From an uncultured Bacilli bacterium (GTDB lineage: Bacteria > Bacillota_I > Bacilli_A > RF39 > UBA660): DNA of 64,000 nt. The DNA lies in assembly GCA_947586825.1 (NCBI GenBank), contig CANPXU010000003.1, forward strand, positions 10,394-74,393, written 5' to 3'. Position numbers and translations under genes: made by a program. The notes below the pieces were generated by a model. The model was not told the DNA's origin and did not search any database. It saw only the letters and a list, made by a program, of their open reading frames with translations. Below, one piece after another: positions 1-8,614 of the stretch. Position 1 is the stretch's first letter, and each line of letters opens with the position of its first letter.

Positions 1-2008
1 TAGGTATTGGCGTTGCAGATAGGGTTAAAACATTGATATCGTTTTTCATTTCTTTTATCTTTTCTTTATGTTTTACACCAAATCTTTGCTCTTCATCGAC
101 AACCATAAGTCCTAAATTCTTGCATTTGATAGCATCATTTAAAAGTTTATGAGTACCAAATACAATATCTATCGTACCTTTTTCTAATCCTTCGTATATT
201 CTTGCTACTTCTTTAGATGAAGTAAATCTATTTAATAAAGCTATTTCAATTGGCCACTCGGCAAATCGAGCTTTAGCTACATTATATTGTTGACGCGATA
301 AAATAGTCGTAGGACATAAATACATTACTTGAGCATTATTAAGTATTGTTCTAAACATTGCTCTTAAGGCTACTTCCGTTTTACCAAAACCTACATCACC
401 ACATAAAAGCCTATCCATAGGATGATCAGAAGACAAGTCATTATATATATCATTGATACTTTTTTGTTGATCATCTGTTAAAGGATAAGGGAAAGATGAA
501 GCAAATAATTCTTCTTCCTCATAAGCTTTGTATTTAGGAGACTTGATTAAAGCCCGAGCTTTATAAAGTTCCATAAGTTCGGCAGAAATATCTTCGATTT
601 TCTTTCTAACATAGTTTCTCGTTTTAAGCCAAGTAGAAGAATTAAGTTTATTTAGCTTAGGAGCTGTTCCATCTTTATCAGAATATTTGTAGATATTACT
701 TATTTTTTCAACAGGTACATATATCTTATCGTTATTTAGATATAAAAGCTGAATATAATCTTTTTTAATACCATTTTTAGTCAAGGTAGCAAGACCATTA
801 TAAATACCAATACCGTGGGAAATATGAATAACATAATCCCCTTTTTGTAGTTCATTATAATTGGTTACTTTTTTACCGCCATAGAAGTTATTTTGATATT
901 TATATTCATGCTTAACAATTTCAATATCATATTCACCAATTACGATAAGATTACCTATCATAAAGCCGTGGTTTATCTTCATATTTTGGATAGTTGCATG
1001 AGGAAATATCTCTCTTATCTTACGAATCTCCGGTATATTCGAAAGACAAAATACTACCTTTTTATTTTGCTTTTGCCATTTATTAACGTTTTTCTCAAGA
1101 AGTTCAAAATCTTGATTAAAGTTTTCAATTGAAGAAGAAGATATGACTAAATCTTTTTTTGATGTTTGAAAATTGTTTAAACATAGCTCATACTTAATAG
1201 GAATTTCTTCAAGATCAAACATTATTTTTTCATTAACTTCTTCTTTAGCATAGTATTCCGTTAAATCCTCTTGAAGTTTTCGATAAGATGCCATTATCTG
1301 TGGACTATCAATCTTTACTACGATAGGATTTTCAGCATAATCATAAATAGAGCTTTTATCATTATCAATTATTTCATCTACGGGTTTTATAACTACTTTA
1401 TCAATTTCTTTTAAAGAGGCTTGGGTACTTTCATTAAAATAACGAATGTTATCTACAATATTATCATCAAATTCAATTCTTATAGGATGCTCTTCATTAA
1501 TTAAGAAAACATCGACAATAAGGCCACGAACAGAAAACTCGCCCGTATAGTTTGTAAGGGTATCTTTATGATAGCCATTATCGACCAAGATACTTACTAG
1601 TTCATCTCTTTTAATACTAGTTCCTTTTTCAATAGTGACATGTCTTTGAGCCGTTTGCTTTAAGGAAGGTAAATACTTTAAAAAAGCCATTAAGTTAACG
1701 ATTATAATATGGGGCTTCTCATCTAGTTTTTCTAAAGTATTTAATCTAGTAAGTTTAAGCTCTGGTGATTGAGCCTTAATCATCGTAGATATAAAATCAT
1801 CATTTATAAATAATAAAACATCTTCTGTATAGGTTTGAAATAAATTGTAATAATTGTTAGCTTCATATAAAGATGATGTTAAAACTATAATATTTTTATT
1901 CTCTTTTTTAAATAAATTTAGCACATAAAAAACGTTTAACTCACTTGTTAAACCACATGTTACAGTTTCATTATCGTATTTAAAATATTGTGCTAAATAG
2001 TCCATCAT
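1..2008 (-). CDS. mfd: Transcription-repair coupling factor Mfd, N-terminal ~669 codons; the 3' end runs off the window
   Basis: Absent from the ORF track because it is open at the window edge. The minus-strand ATG at 2008 gives MMDYLAQYFKYDNETVTCGLTSELN. In frame at 418-362 it encodes MDRLLCGDVGFGKTEVALR, the Mfd/RecG helicase motif I. An ATGA overlap with the pth stop matches the Bacillus pth-mfd order. Confidence 0.85.
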   Translation of the reverse strand, partial: MMDYLAQYFKYDNETVTCGLTSELNVFYVLNLFKKENKNIIVLTSSLYEANNYYNLFQTYTEDVLLFINDDFISTMIKAQSPELKLTRLNTLEKLDEKPHIIIVNLMAFLKYLPSLKQTAQRHVTIEKGTSIKRDELVSILVDNGYHKDTLTNYTGEFSVRGLIVDVFLINEEHPIRIEFDDNIVDNIRYFNESTQASLKEIDKVVIKPVDEIIDNDKSSIYDYAENPIVVKIDSPQIMASYRKLQEDLTEYYAKEEVNEKIMFDLEEIPIKYELCLNNFQTSKKDLVISSSSIENFNQDFELLEKNVNKWQKQNKKVVFCLSNIPEIRKIREIFPHATIQNMKINHGFMIGNLIVIGEYDIEIVKHEYKYQNNFYGGKKVTNYNELQKGDYVIHISHGIGIYNGLATLTKNGIKKDYIQLLYLNNDKIYVPVEKISNIYKYSDKDGTAPKLNKLNSSTWLKTRNYVRKKIEDISAELMELYKARALIKSPKYKAYEEEELFASSFPYPLTDDQQKSINDIYNDLSSDHPMDRLLCGDVGFGKTEVALRAMFRTILNNAQVMYLCPTTILSRQQYNVAKARFAEWPIEIALLNRFTSSKEVARIYEGLEKGTIDIVFGTHKLLNDAIKCKNLGLMVVDEEQRFGVKHKEKIKEMKNDINVLTLSATPIP

Positions 2009-2550
2009 ACCCCATTATATCTATTCATTGCGATATCGATATTTTCTGTTACAAAGCAGTTTATTATATCTTTAAAAATATCTTCCTTTAAATAGTCTAA
2101 CTCTTTCTGGCTAAGCTTAGATAAAACATAATCTCTAGTATCTCCCAATTTATTATTACTGATTCCTACCTTAAGTTGGGCAAATTCTTGGGTTCCTAGA
2201 CAGTTAATTATACTTTTAATACCATTATGTCCTCCGGAAGACGAGTTATATTTTAACCTAAAAGTTAAAGATGGCAAGTCTAAATCGTCATGAATTACTA
2301 AGATGTCCTTAGCATCTACCTTATAAAAATTGGCGATTCTTGCCACAGCATTACCCGATAAATTAACGTAAGTTAAAGGTTTTATGAATAACGCTTTTTC
2401 GCCATTTATTGTGATTTCTGCGATTTGAGCATCTTTATCTTTATGCCACTTTAAAGAAGAGTCATAATTATCTAAAATATTGAATCCAACATTATGTCTT
2501 GTGTTTTCATATTCTTTTCCAGGATTACCAATTCCAACGATTAATTTCAT
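2005..2550 (-). CDS. pth: Peptidyl-tRNA hydrolase
   Basis: The N-terminus MKLIVGIGNPGKEYENTRHNVGF is the canonical Pth signature. 181 aa. Confidence 0.95.
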   Translation of the reverse strand: MKLIVGIGNPGKEYENTRHNVGFNILDNYDSSLKWHKDKDAQIAEITINGEKALFIKPLTYVNLSGNAVARIANFYKVDAKDILVIHDDLDLPSLTFRLKYNSSSGGHNGIKSIINCLGTQEFAQLKVGISNNKLGDTRDYVLSKLSQKELDYLKEDIFKDIINCFVTENIDIAMNRYNGV

Positions 2551-3257
2551 ATGCCCTCCTTAAAAATATTTTTATATGTTTTTAAATTCTCTATACAGAT
2601 TTCTTTATTTATTTTAACGCCTTGTTTGCTATTTTTCACGGCTTTCACAAGTACTATACGGGGATTTTCTCCTTTTTTCGTAGATATTAACTGAATATTT
2701 TTGATATTTATTTGATATTTACTTGCAAGAGTAATTAGTTCATCTAGTCTTTCAGCACGATGAACTATGTATAAATTTCCTTTGTTTTTTAAGTAAGTTC
2801 GACTTATCTTAAATATATCTTCCATCGTAAGGCTTAATTCATGTCTTGCAACGGCTTTTTCCTTTACTTTATTGATATTTATATTCTCATTTGTTTTAAA
2901 AAAAGGCGGATTACACACTATGGCATCAAAATACTCTGCAGAATAGTAATCACCAATATTTTTGACATCATCATTTATGATTTTGAGATTATCTTCAAGC
3001 TTATTAAGGATAATTGATTTTTGGCCTAGTTCAAATACCTCCGGCATTAATTCAAAACCAGTAATATTAGCATTTATATACTTAGATAAAATAAGTGATA
3101 CGGCCATATTTCCTGCACACATATCAAGAATATTATGACCTTTATCTTCTGAGGCATACTCCGCTAAAAGGATGGAGTCTAACGAAAATTTAAAGTACTC
3201 ACTATCTTGGTAAATAAAGCGGTCTTCGTAGTCAAATAAATCATTTTTTACTAGCAT
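2547..3257 (-). CDS. SAM-dependent methyltransferase, YabB/TrmN6-like (tRNA adenine-N6 type)
   Basis: Carries an NPPFF (NPPY-class) motif and the Rossmann segment DMCAGN. It overlaps ricT and sits where Bacillus yabB sits. Confidence 0.6.
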   Translation of the reverse strand: MLVKNDLFDYEDRFIYQDSEYFKFSLDSILLAEYASEDKGHNILDMCAGNMAVSLILSKYINANITGFELMPEVFELGQKSIILNKLEDNLKIINDDVKNIGDYYSAEYFDAIVCNPPFFKTNENININKVKEKAVARHELSLTMEDIFKISRTYLKNKGNLYIVHRAERLDELITLASKYQINIKNIQLISTKKGENPRIVLVKAVKNSKQGVKINKEICIENLKTYKNIFKEGI

Positions 3258-4041
3258 TTAGTTCATCTGCCTTAACTTCTATTTTTTCTTCATCTACCAA
3301 GACTTTATATGTTCTATTTAAAATATCGACACTAATTATAGTTCCTTCTTTTCCATTAACTTTTATAATACTTCCGGTTGGCATAAGACCTTTAGAACAG
3401 CGAAGATATTCATCCTCTTCATAGCAAAGACAGCATAGTAAACGACCACAGCAACCATTGATCTTACTTGGATTTAAAGCTAAATTTTGATTTTTGGCCT
3501 TGTTTATAGATATTGACTCAATTTGATTTAAAAATCTTGAACAGCATAATTTTTGACCACATATTCCTACACCACCGATAAGCTTAGCTTTATCTCTTGC
3601 TCCAATTTGGCGAAGTTCAATTCTTGTGCGATATACAGCAGCTAGCTTACGAGTTAGTTCTCTAAAATCAACGCGATCATCCGCAGAAAAGTTGATTAAT
3701 AGTTGAGATCTATCAAAATTAAAATTAGCGTTAATAACAGACATGTCAAGATTTAGTTCTTTTACAAATTCCTTGCATTTTTTAACGGCACTACACCCAT
3801 CTTTTAGATTTTTGTAATAAATTTCATCATCTTCAGGTGTTGCAATTCTTAAAATATCCTTTAGTTCATCATTAGAAACATCAGCATTCTTTTCAGCAAC
3901 AACTCTACCATATTGCATACCTTTTTCTGTTTCTACGATGACATTATCATTTATATTAACTTCAAAATTAGCCTTAAAACTATATGGTTTACTAGTGTTT
4001 TTAAATAATACCGAATATACTTTATAATCCATTTGCTTCAC
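3241..4041 (-). CDS. ricT: PSP1-domain protein RicT/YaaT
   Basis: Cys-rich segments GICGQKLCCSRF and CCGRLLCCLCYE match YaaT. It lies immediately downstream of holB, as in Bacillus. Confidence 0.8.
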   Translation of the reverse strand: MKQMDYKVYSVLFKNTSKPYSFKANFEVNINDNVIVETEKGMQYGRVVAEKNADVSNDELKDILRIATPEDDEIYYKNLKDGCSAVKKCKEFVKELNLDMSVINANFNFDRSQLLINFSADDRVDFRELTRKLAAVYRTRIELRQIGARDKAKLIGGVGICGQKLCCSRFLNQIESISINKAKNQNLALNPSKINGCCGRLLCCLCYEEDEYLRCSKGLMPTGSIIKVNGKEGTIISVDILNRTYKVLVDEEKIEVKADELNASKK

Positions 4042-4837
4042 CCATTTCTATTACAAAGCTATCTAAAAGTAAGCTCAAATTCATATTATAATTTAATTCA
4101 GACAAGTATTTTTCAATAATTTCTAGCTTTTTAATTATATTAAAATCTTTGCTTTTCCGAAAATCAAATTCATAAGTATTATATATTAAATTCAACAAAC
4201 ATACAATTTGTTCTTGGGTAGTTAATTGTTTTAATACCACATTCAAATTATACCAAGTAAGATTTTCTTTGCCATTTTCAAGCTTCTCATAGTATTCATT
4301 TGCAATGTTTTGGCATAAAGTAAATTCTTCATTACTTAATGATCCTTGCAAACTCTTTTGTTCATCAAACATTTTAATAAGTTCACAACGGCTTACAATA
4401 GTATTAGCAACACTATCTTTATTACGTGTAATATAAAATCCCAAAATATTATCTTCAGGTTCTTCAAGAAATTTAAGCATTTTATTAAATGAAGTATCAT
4501 TCATCTTTTCGGGATATTTTATAATATAAATATTATAAGGGATATACACAGGCATAAGGCTAAAAGCCTTTTTTAAGCTATTTATGACATCGGTTTTAAT
4601 GCTTTTACCATCAGGCTCAATTGTAATTATTGAAGGAATGGTTCCTTCATCAATTTGGTGACATATATCGCATTTACTGCAATTTTCTTCATATTCCATG
4701 GAACATAGCATCTTTTTGATAAACTGTATTAACTCTTTATAGCATTTTTCGACATCTTTTGTCTCAAATAAATAAGCGTGAGCTAATTTATTCTCACGAA
4801 ATAATGTTAGTAAATTGTTAAATACTTCTTGTTCCAC
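4022..4837 (-). CDS. holB: DNA polymerase III delta-prime subunit
   Basis: Has an AHAYLFE box and a Cys module CSKCDICHQI. Size and the holB-ricT synteny agree. Confidence 0.75.
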   Translation of the reverse strand: MEQEVFNNLLTLFRENKLAHAYLFETKDVEKCYKELIQFIKKMLCSMEYEENCSKCDICHQIDEGTIPSIITIEPDGKSIKTDVINSLKKAFSLMPVYIPYNIYIIKYPEKMNDTSFNKMLKFLEEPEDNILGFYITRNKDSVANTIVSRCELIKMFDEQKSLQGSLSNEEFTLCQNIANEYYEKLENGKENLTWYNLNVVLKQLTTQEQIVCLLNLIYNTYEFDFRKSKDFNIIKKLEIIEKYLSELNYNMNLSLLLDSFVIEMGEANGL

Positions 4838-4846
4838 TTCTCTCCT

Positions 4847-5029
4847 TTATAAAACTAGTACTAAAATAGCTAAAGTTAATATGCCTGGAATACCAAAAAT
4901 AGTTACAAAAGCTACATTAATTATATTTATGGGTATCATAATATTTAAAGAAGATATCATTAAGTTTAAAGCATATAGCATAAGAATTGTAATAATTACT
5001 CGTTTTATTATAGTAAATACTTTTTCCAT
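4847..5029 (-). CDS. BofA-family small membrane protein (pro-sigma-K processing inhibitor-like)
   Basis: 60 aa with two TM segments. IPINIINVAFVTIFGIPGILTLAILV resembles my recollection of the B. subtilis BofA C-terminus (VPINLVTTAISGILGIPGIAALVVI). It sits downstream of recR, as bofA does in Bacillus. Confidence 0.55.
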   Translation of the reverse strand: MEKVFTIIKRVIITILMLYALNLMISSLNIMIPINIINVAFVTIFGIPGILTLAILVLVL

Positions 5030-5068
5030 TTTATCCTCGATGTTAAACTATATGCAAGATATATTATA

Positions 5069-5668
5069 TTATGCTATTTTCTTACGATCTTCCAAGGCTT
5101 TATCTAGGGTTAAGACATCTAAATATTCAATTTCAGCACCCATAGGTAAGCCATATGATAGCCTAGAAATTGTTACATCTTTTTTCTCAAATTTCTTCTT
5201 AATATATAAAGTTGTTGTTTCACCTTCGATTGATGATTTTAAGGCTAAAATAAGCTCTGGTTTTTCTAGGGCCTCTACTCTTTTTACTAACGAGGCAATA
5301 GCTATATCATCTGGTCCAACATTATTTATTGGTGATATAAGACCATTTAAGACATGATACACACCTTTATAATTACCTGCTTTTTCAAAAGAAAAGACAC
5401 TTTTGTAATCTTCAATAACACATATTAAATTATGATCTCTATTTTCATCACTACAAATTGGACAAATATCTTGATCTGTTAAATTATTACAAATTTGGCA
5501 TGGATGTAGTTTTTGCTTAGCTACAAGCAAATTTTGTGAAAACTCACTTACTTCTTCATCATCAAGATCAAGAGTGGCAAGAGCTAATCTTTCAGCACTT
5601 TTTTCTCCAATTGTTGGTAATTTTTTATAAAAAGAAATTAGCTTTTCTAAACTGCCAGGATAGACCAT
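5069..5668 (-). CDS. recR: Recombination protein RecR
   Basis: Zinc finger CQICNNLTDQDICPICSD plus a Toprim region. dnaX-ebfC-recR synteny. Confidence 0.95.
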   Translation of the reverse strand: MVYPGSLEKLISFYKKLPTIGEKSAERLALATLDLDDEEVSEFSQNLLVAKQKLHPCQICNNLTDQDICPICSDENRDHNLICVIEDYKSVFSFEKAGNYKGVYHVLNGLISPINNVGPDDIAIASLVKRVEALEKPELILALKSSIEGETTTLYIKKKFEKKDVTISRLSYGLPMGAEIEYLDVLTLDKALEDRKKIA

Positions 5669-5670
5669 AA

Positions 5671-5967
5671 TTAAAATAGTCCACCCATTTGTGAATAAGT
5701 TCCTAGTTGTCCTTCTGTTTCTTTATCTATTTTAGCAAGTCCGTCTTTTATAGCTAACATTATCATATCCGCTAAAATATCTTTATTCTCGGCATTAAAT
5801 GCATCATCTGAAAGTATTTCTACGGATTTAACATCTCTATTGCCTTTAAATTTAATGCTTACCCAGTCTGATTTTCCTTCAAAATCCATGGCATCAATTT
5901 TATCTTTCTTAGCCATAATATCACGTTGCATTTTTTGGGCTTGCGCCATAATTTGTTGCATATTCAT
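5671..5967 (-). CDS. ebfC: Nucleoid-associated protein YbaB/EbfC
   Basis: 98 aa, located between dnaX and recR, with a typical MQ-rich N-terminus and GGLF C-terminus. Confidence 0.9.
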   Translation of the reverse strand: MNMQQIMAQAQKMQRDIMAKKDKIDAMDFEGKSDWVSIKFKGNRDVKSVEILSDDAFNAENKDILADMIMLAIKDGLAKIDKETEGQLGTYSQMGGLF

Positions 5968-5980
5968 ATAGTTTCCTCCT

Positions 5981-7612
5981 TTATTTAACTTCTATTTTAC
6001 TATTTAAAAATATGTCTTCAACTATTTTTTTTGAATCGGCAGCTTTAGGTTCTTCCTTCATTTCATACTTTATGTTTTTAGCAAGATTATCTTTATACTC
6101 TTGCATATATTTTCCCCATGCTTCTTCACTTACCGCCGTTAATTTATACTTTTGATTAACATAGCTTTCTAATGCATCTTCAATATTAGTAATTATATCA
6201 TTAATATTATCAGCAGTAGCATCAATATCTGCCTTAATAACCCAATTAGTATCTGATGCTAGAACAATTGTAGTATCAATTAACAAAGCTCTCTCTTTTT
6301 TCATTTTTGCTAATTTTATAAACTTTTCCCAAACTTCCTTAGCATCTATTAAATAACTTTTGTTAGCATTTACGAAACAATTATTAACTCTAATGGCGCA
6401 AAGCTCTGTATTTACTTTTGGGAAATAATTTTCAGTATTCGAATCGTTTTTTTGAGCATCATCTACTGTCTCTTCTACTTCCTTTGTTATTTTTACATCA
6501 TTTCCCAAGGGTTTATCAAAATTATTAGTCACTTCTTGAGTGTCGCTTTTTCCGGCAGTTTCTATTTCCCGGGAAATATTTTTTGTAAATTTATCAGCGT
6601 AGTCTAGCAAGATTAATTCTAAATTCGTATATGGGTCGATATTAACATTGCATTTATATATTAAAGAAGATATCTCAAATGCCATTTCTTTTAAAGCTGC
6701 ATATTCAAGTGTCCCTTTATAATTATTCAACTTAATATCAACAGCAACCTTTTCAATTGCACGGATCAATTTTTTACAAAGAGTTTTAAAATCAGTTGAG
6801 TGGCTTTGAGCAAACTCAATGAAAGACAACACTTTATCAACATCATTATTGCCAATAGCATCTATTACATCATTTATTTCTTTGTTTGATATCAATCCCA
6901 AAGAATCTAGTACTACTTCTTGCGTTATTTTAACTTTATTTTTTGATAATTGATCTAAAATACTTAAGGCATCACGCATTCCGCCATCAGCAAAGTCTGC
7001 AATTTCAGTTAATGCGTCATCATCAATATCAATTGTTTCCTCTTTTGCTATTTTCCGCATATTATCAACAATGTCTTTATTACTTATTTTTTGAAAATCA
7101 AGGCGTTGGCATCGTGATAGTACGGTTATTGGTACATCCTCGATATCTGTAGTAGCTAAGATAAAAACGACGTGGCTTGGTGGTTCTTCAAGCGTTAATA
7201 GCAAAGCATTAAAAGCACTAGTACTTAGCATATGTACTTCATCAATTATATACACTTTATATTTAAAATTTGCAGGTGTTAGCTTTATATTATCTATGAT
7301 TTCTCTTACTTGATCAACACCATTGTTTGAAGCAGCATCTATCTCATAAATATCACTACTTTGCCCAAAATTAAGGCAATTTTCACACTTATTACATGGT
7401 TCTCCATCAACAGGATCTAGACAATTGATTGCCTTAGCAAATATCTTAGCAGTACTAGTTTTACCAGTTCCCCGCGGTCCAGTGAAAATATAAGCATGTG
7501 ATATTTTATTGTTTATTATGCTATCTTTTAAAAGTTCAATAGTTCTATTTTGTCCAACAACATCGTTAAAAGTTGAGGGTCTATATTTCCTGTATAATAC
7601 TTTGTAATTCAT
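5981..7612 (-). CDS. dnaX: DNA polymerase III tau/gamma subunit
   Basis: Motifs GPRGTGKTS, CNKCENC and IIDEVHML. The start is moved to the ATG at 7612, which is preceded by AAGGAGG. The ORF track starts at 7630. Confidence 0.95.
   Translation of the reverse strand: MNYKVLYRKYRPSTFNDVVGQNRTIELLKDSIINNKISHAYIFTGPRGTGKTSTAKIFAKAINCLDPVDGEPCNKCENCLNFGQSSDIYEIDAASNNGVDQVREIIDNIKLTPANFKYKVYIIDEVHMLSTSAFNALLLTLEEPPSHVVFILATTDIEDVPITVLSRCQRLDFQKISNKDIVDNMRKIAKEETIDIDDDALTEIADFADGGMRDALSILDQLSKNKVKITQEVVLDSLGLISNKEINDVIDAIGNNDVDKVLSFIEFAQSHSTDFKTLCKKLIRAIEKVAVDIKLNNYKGTLEYAALKEMAFEISSLIYKCNVNIDPYTNLELILLDYADKFTKNISREIETAGKSDTQEVTNNFDKPLGNDVKITKEVEETVDDAQKNDSNTENYFPKVNTELCAIRVNNCFVNANKSYLIDAKEVWEKFIKLAKMKKERALLIDTTIVLASDTNWVIKADIDATADNINDIITNIEDALESYVNQKYKLTAVSEEAWGKYMQEYKDNLAKNIKYEMKEEPKAADSKKIVEDIFLNSKIEVK
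6563..6578. promoter_or_regulatory. Perfect Noc-binding-site (NBS) palindrome TATTTCCCGGGAAATA inside dnaX
   Basis: Exact match to the published B. subtilis NBS consensus ATTTCCCGGGAAAT, including the flanking T/A. I noticed CCCGGG only four times in this AT-rich window. Confidence 0.6.
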
Positions 7613-7654
7613 AAGAACCTCCTTTATCATTATACCAATAAATATAGTTTTATT

Positions 7655-8062
7655 CTATCTTTTGTTTTTAAAAAATGTAGAAAGAAGATTGCTGAATTTT
7701 GAAGCATTATTGGTCTCTAATTTATTATAAGAAACCGAGAATGATGATTCATTAAATTTTGAATCGGTAATGTAATATACACGGCTGATTCTACTTTGTT
7801 TAATTACTTCAGCACACATACAGCAAGGGCGCAAAGTCACATACATTTCACACCCATCTAAGCGCCAATCTTTAAGCTTTTTTTCCGCCTTTATAATGGT
7901 GTCTATCTCAGCATGGTTAATACAGCAATGAGACTTTTGGCGAGTGTTATGGCCTTTTGCTATTATCTTTCCGTCTTTAACAATTACGCATCCGACAGGT
8001 ACTTCATTCTTTCTATAAGCTTTTAAAGCTTCCTTATATAATATTTTTTCTACATCATTCAT
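7655..8062 (-). CDS. tadA: tRNA-specific adenosine deaminase
   Basis: CDA-fold zinc motifs HAE and PCCMCA. 135 aa. Adjacent to dnaX as in Bacillus. Confidence 0.85.
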   Translation of the reverse strand: MNDVEKILYKEALKAYRKNEVPVGCVIVKDGKIIAKGHNTRQKSHCCINHAEIDTIIKAEKKLKDWRLDGCEMYVTLRPCCMCAEVIKQSRISRVYYITDSKFNESSFSVSYNKLETNNASKFSNLLSTFFKNKR

Positions 8063-8077
8063 AATAATTCACCAACA

Positions 8078-8156
8078 AAAAAGTGCACACAAACAGGGAT
8101 TGATGTGGCTGCCTTCTTCCGAATCTGACCAGGTTACAATATATTTGTTGCACGAA
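8078..8156 (-). ncRNA. ffs: Small (4.5S-type) signal recognition particle RNA
   Basis: The minus strand reads GUGCAACAAAUAUAUUGUAACCUGGUCAGAUUCGGAAGAAGGCAGCCACAUCAAUCCCUGUUUGUGUGCAC followed by a U-run. It contains the conserved domain IV core CCUGGUCAG..UUCGGAAGAAGGCAGCC with a GGAA tetraloop. The ends pair (GUGCA.CAAA / UUUGUGUGCAC). A plausible upstream promoter is TTGCTT-17 nt-TATTAT. Confidence 0.8.
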
Positions 8157-8202
8157 TAAATAATATCAAATACTTAGCATAAAAGCAAATAAAAGCAATT
8201 AA

Positions 8203-8218
8203 TGTTTCACGTGAAACA
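8203..8218. promoter_or_regulatory. parS centromere-like site 1 (TGTTTCACGTGAAACA)
   Basis: Perfect 16-bp palindrome matching the Firmicute parS consensus TGTTNCACGTGAAACA. The palindrome extends to 20 bp (8201-8220). Confidence 0.75.
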
Positions 8219-8303
8219 TTTTATAATATGAAAGTATTTAATTAATATTATTTATTATTTAAAATTAAAGTTAGATTTCTATATTCAATTGATTTTTTAT
8301 TTA

Positions 8304-8319
8304 TGTTTCACGTGAAACA
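8304..8319. promoter_or_regulatory. parS centromere-like site 2 (TGTTTCACGTGAAACA)
   Basis: Second identical 16-bp palindrome, 101 bp from the first. It extends to 18 bp (8303-8320). Confidence 0.75.
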
Positions 8320-8397
8320 TTGACATTTTTTGCCTATAAATAAGGATTTTATCGTTAATTTAAACAGTTTATGCAACTATATTTTTTAATTGTACTG

Positions 8398-8415
8398 TTG
8401 TTATCTTTACAAAAT
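8398..8415. repeat. 18-bp direct repeat copy 1 (TTGTTATCTTTACAAAAT)
   Basis: An identical 18-mer recurs at 8553-8570 in the same non-coding spacer. Confidence 0.7.
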
Positions 8416-8552
8416 CTATGCTGCTTTTTTGTATAAGTTTTATAGATAATTAAATTTTAATTTAACGTGTCACATTATGCAAATTCCCAAATCTAGGCGT
8501 GTGAATTGTTAAAGTTTTCCTAAAATATGCCAAAAATTCAATATATGTATTA

Positions 8553-8570
8553 TTGTTATCTTTACAAAAT
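8553..8570. repeat. 18-bp direct repeat copy 2 (TTGTTATCTTTACAAAAT)
   Basis: Identical to 8398-8415. On the minus strand it offers TTGTAA-16 nt-TATATT, a possible promoter reading toward ffs/tadA. Confidence 0.7.
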
Positions 8571-8614
8571 TGCATAATAAAAGTCCAATCATTTCGATTG
8601 AACTTTATTTTTTA

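Noticed and set aside
4815-5357. 180-aa plus-strand ORF
   Set aside because: It lies antisense to recR and the bofA-like gene, has a low-complexity hydrophobic translation and no RBS. This is a typical shadow ORF in AT-rich DNA.
8201-8320. The two TTTCACGTGAAA palindromes as simple bidirectional transcription terminators
   Set aside because: They are perfect palindromes with no loop and no adjacent T-run typical of the terminators seen elsewhere in this window. They match the parS consensus base for base, so centromere sites are the better explanation.
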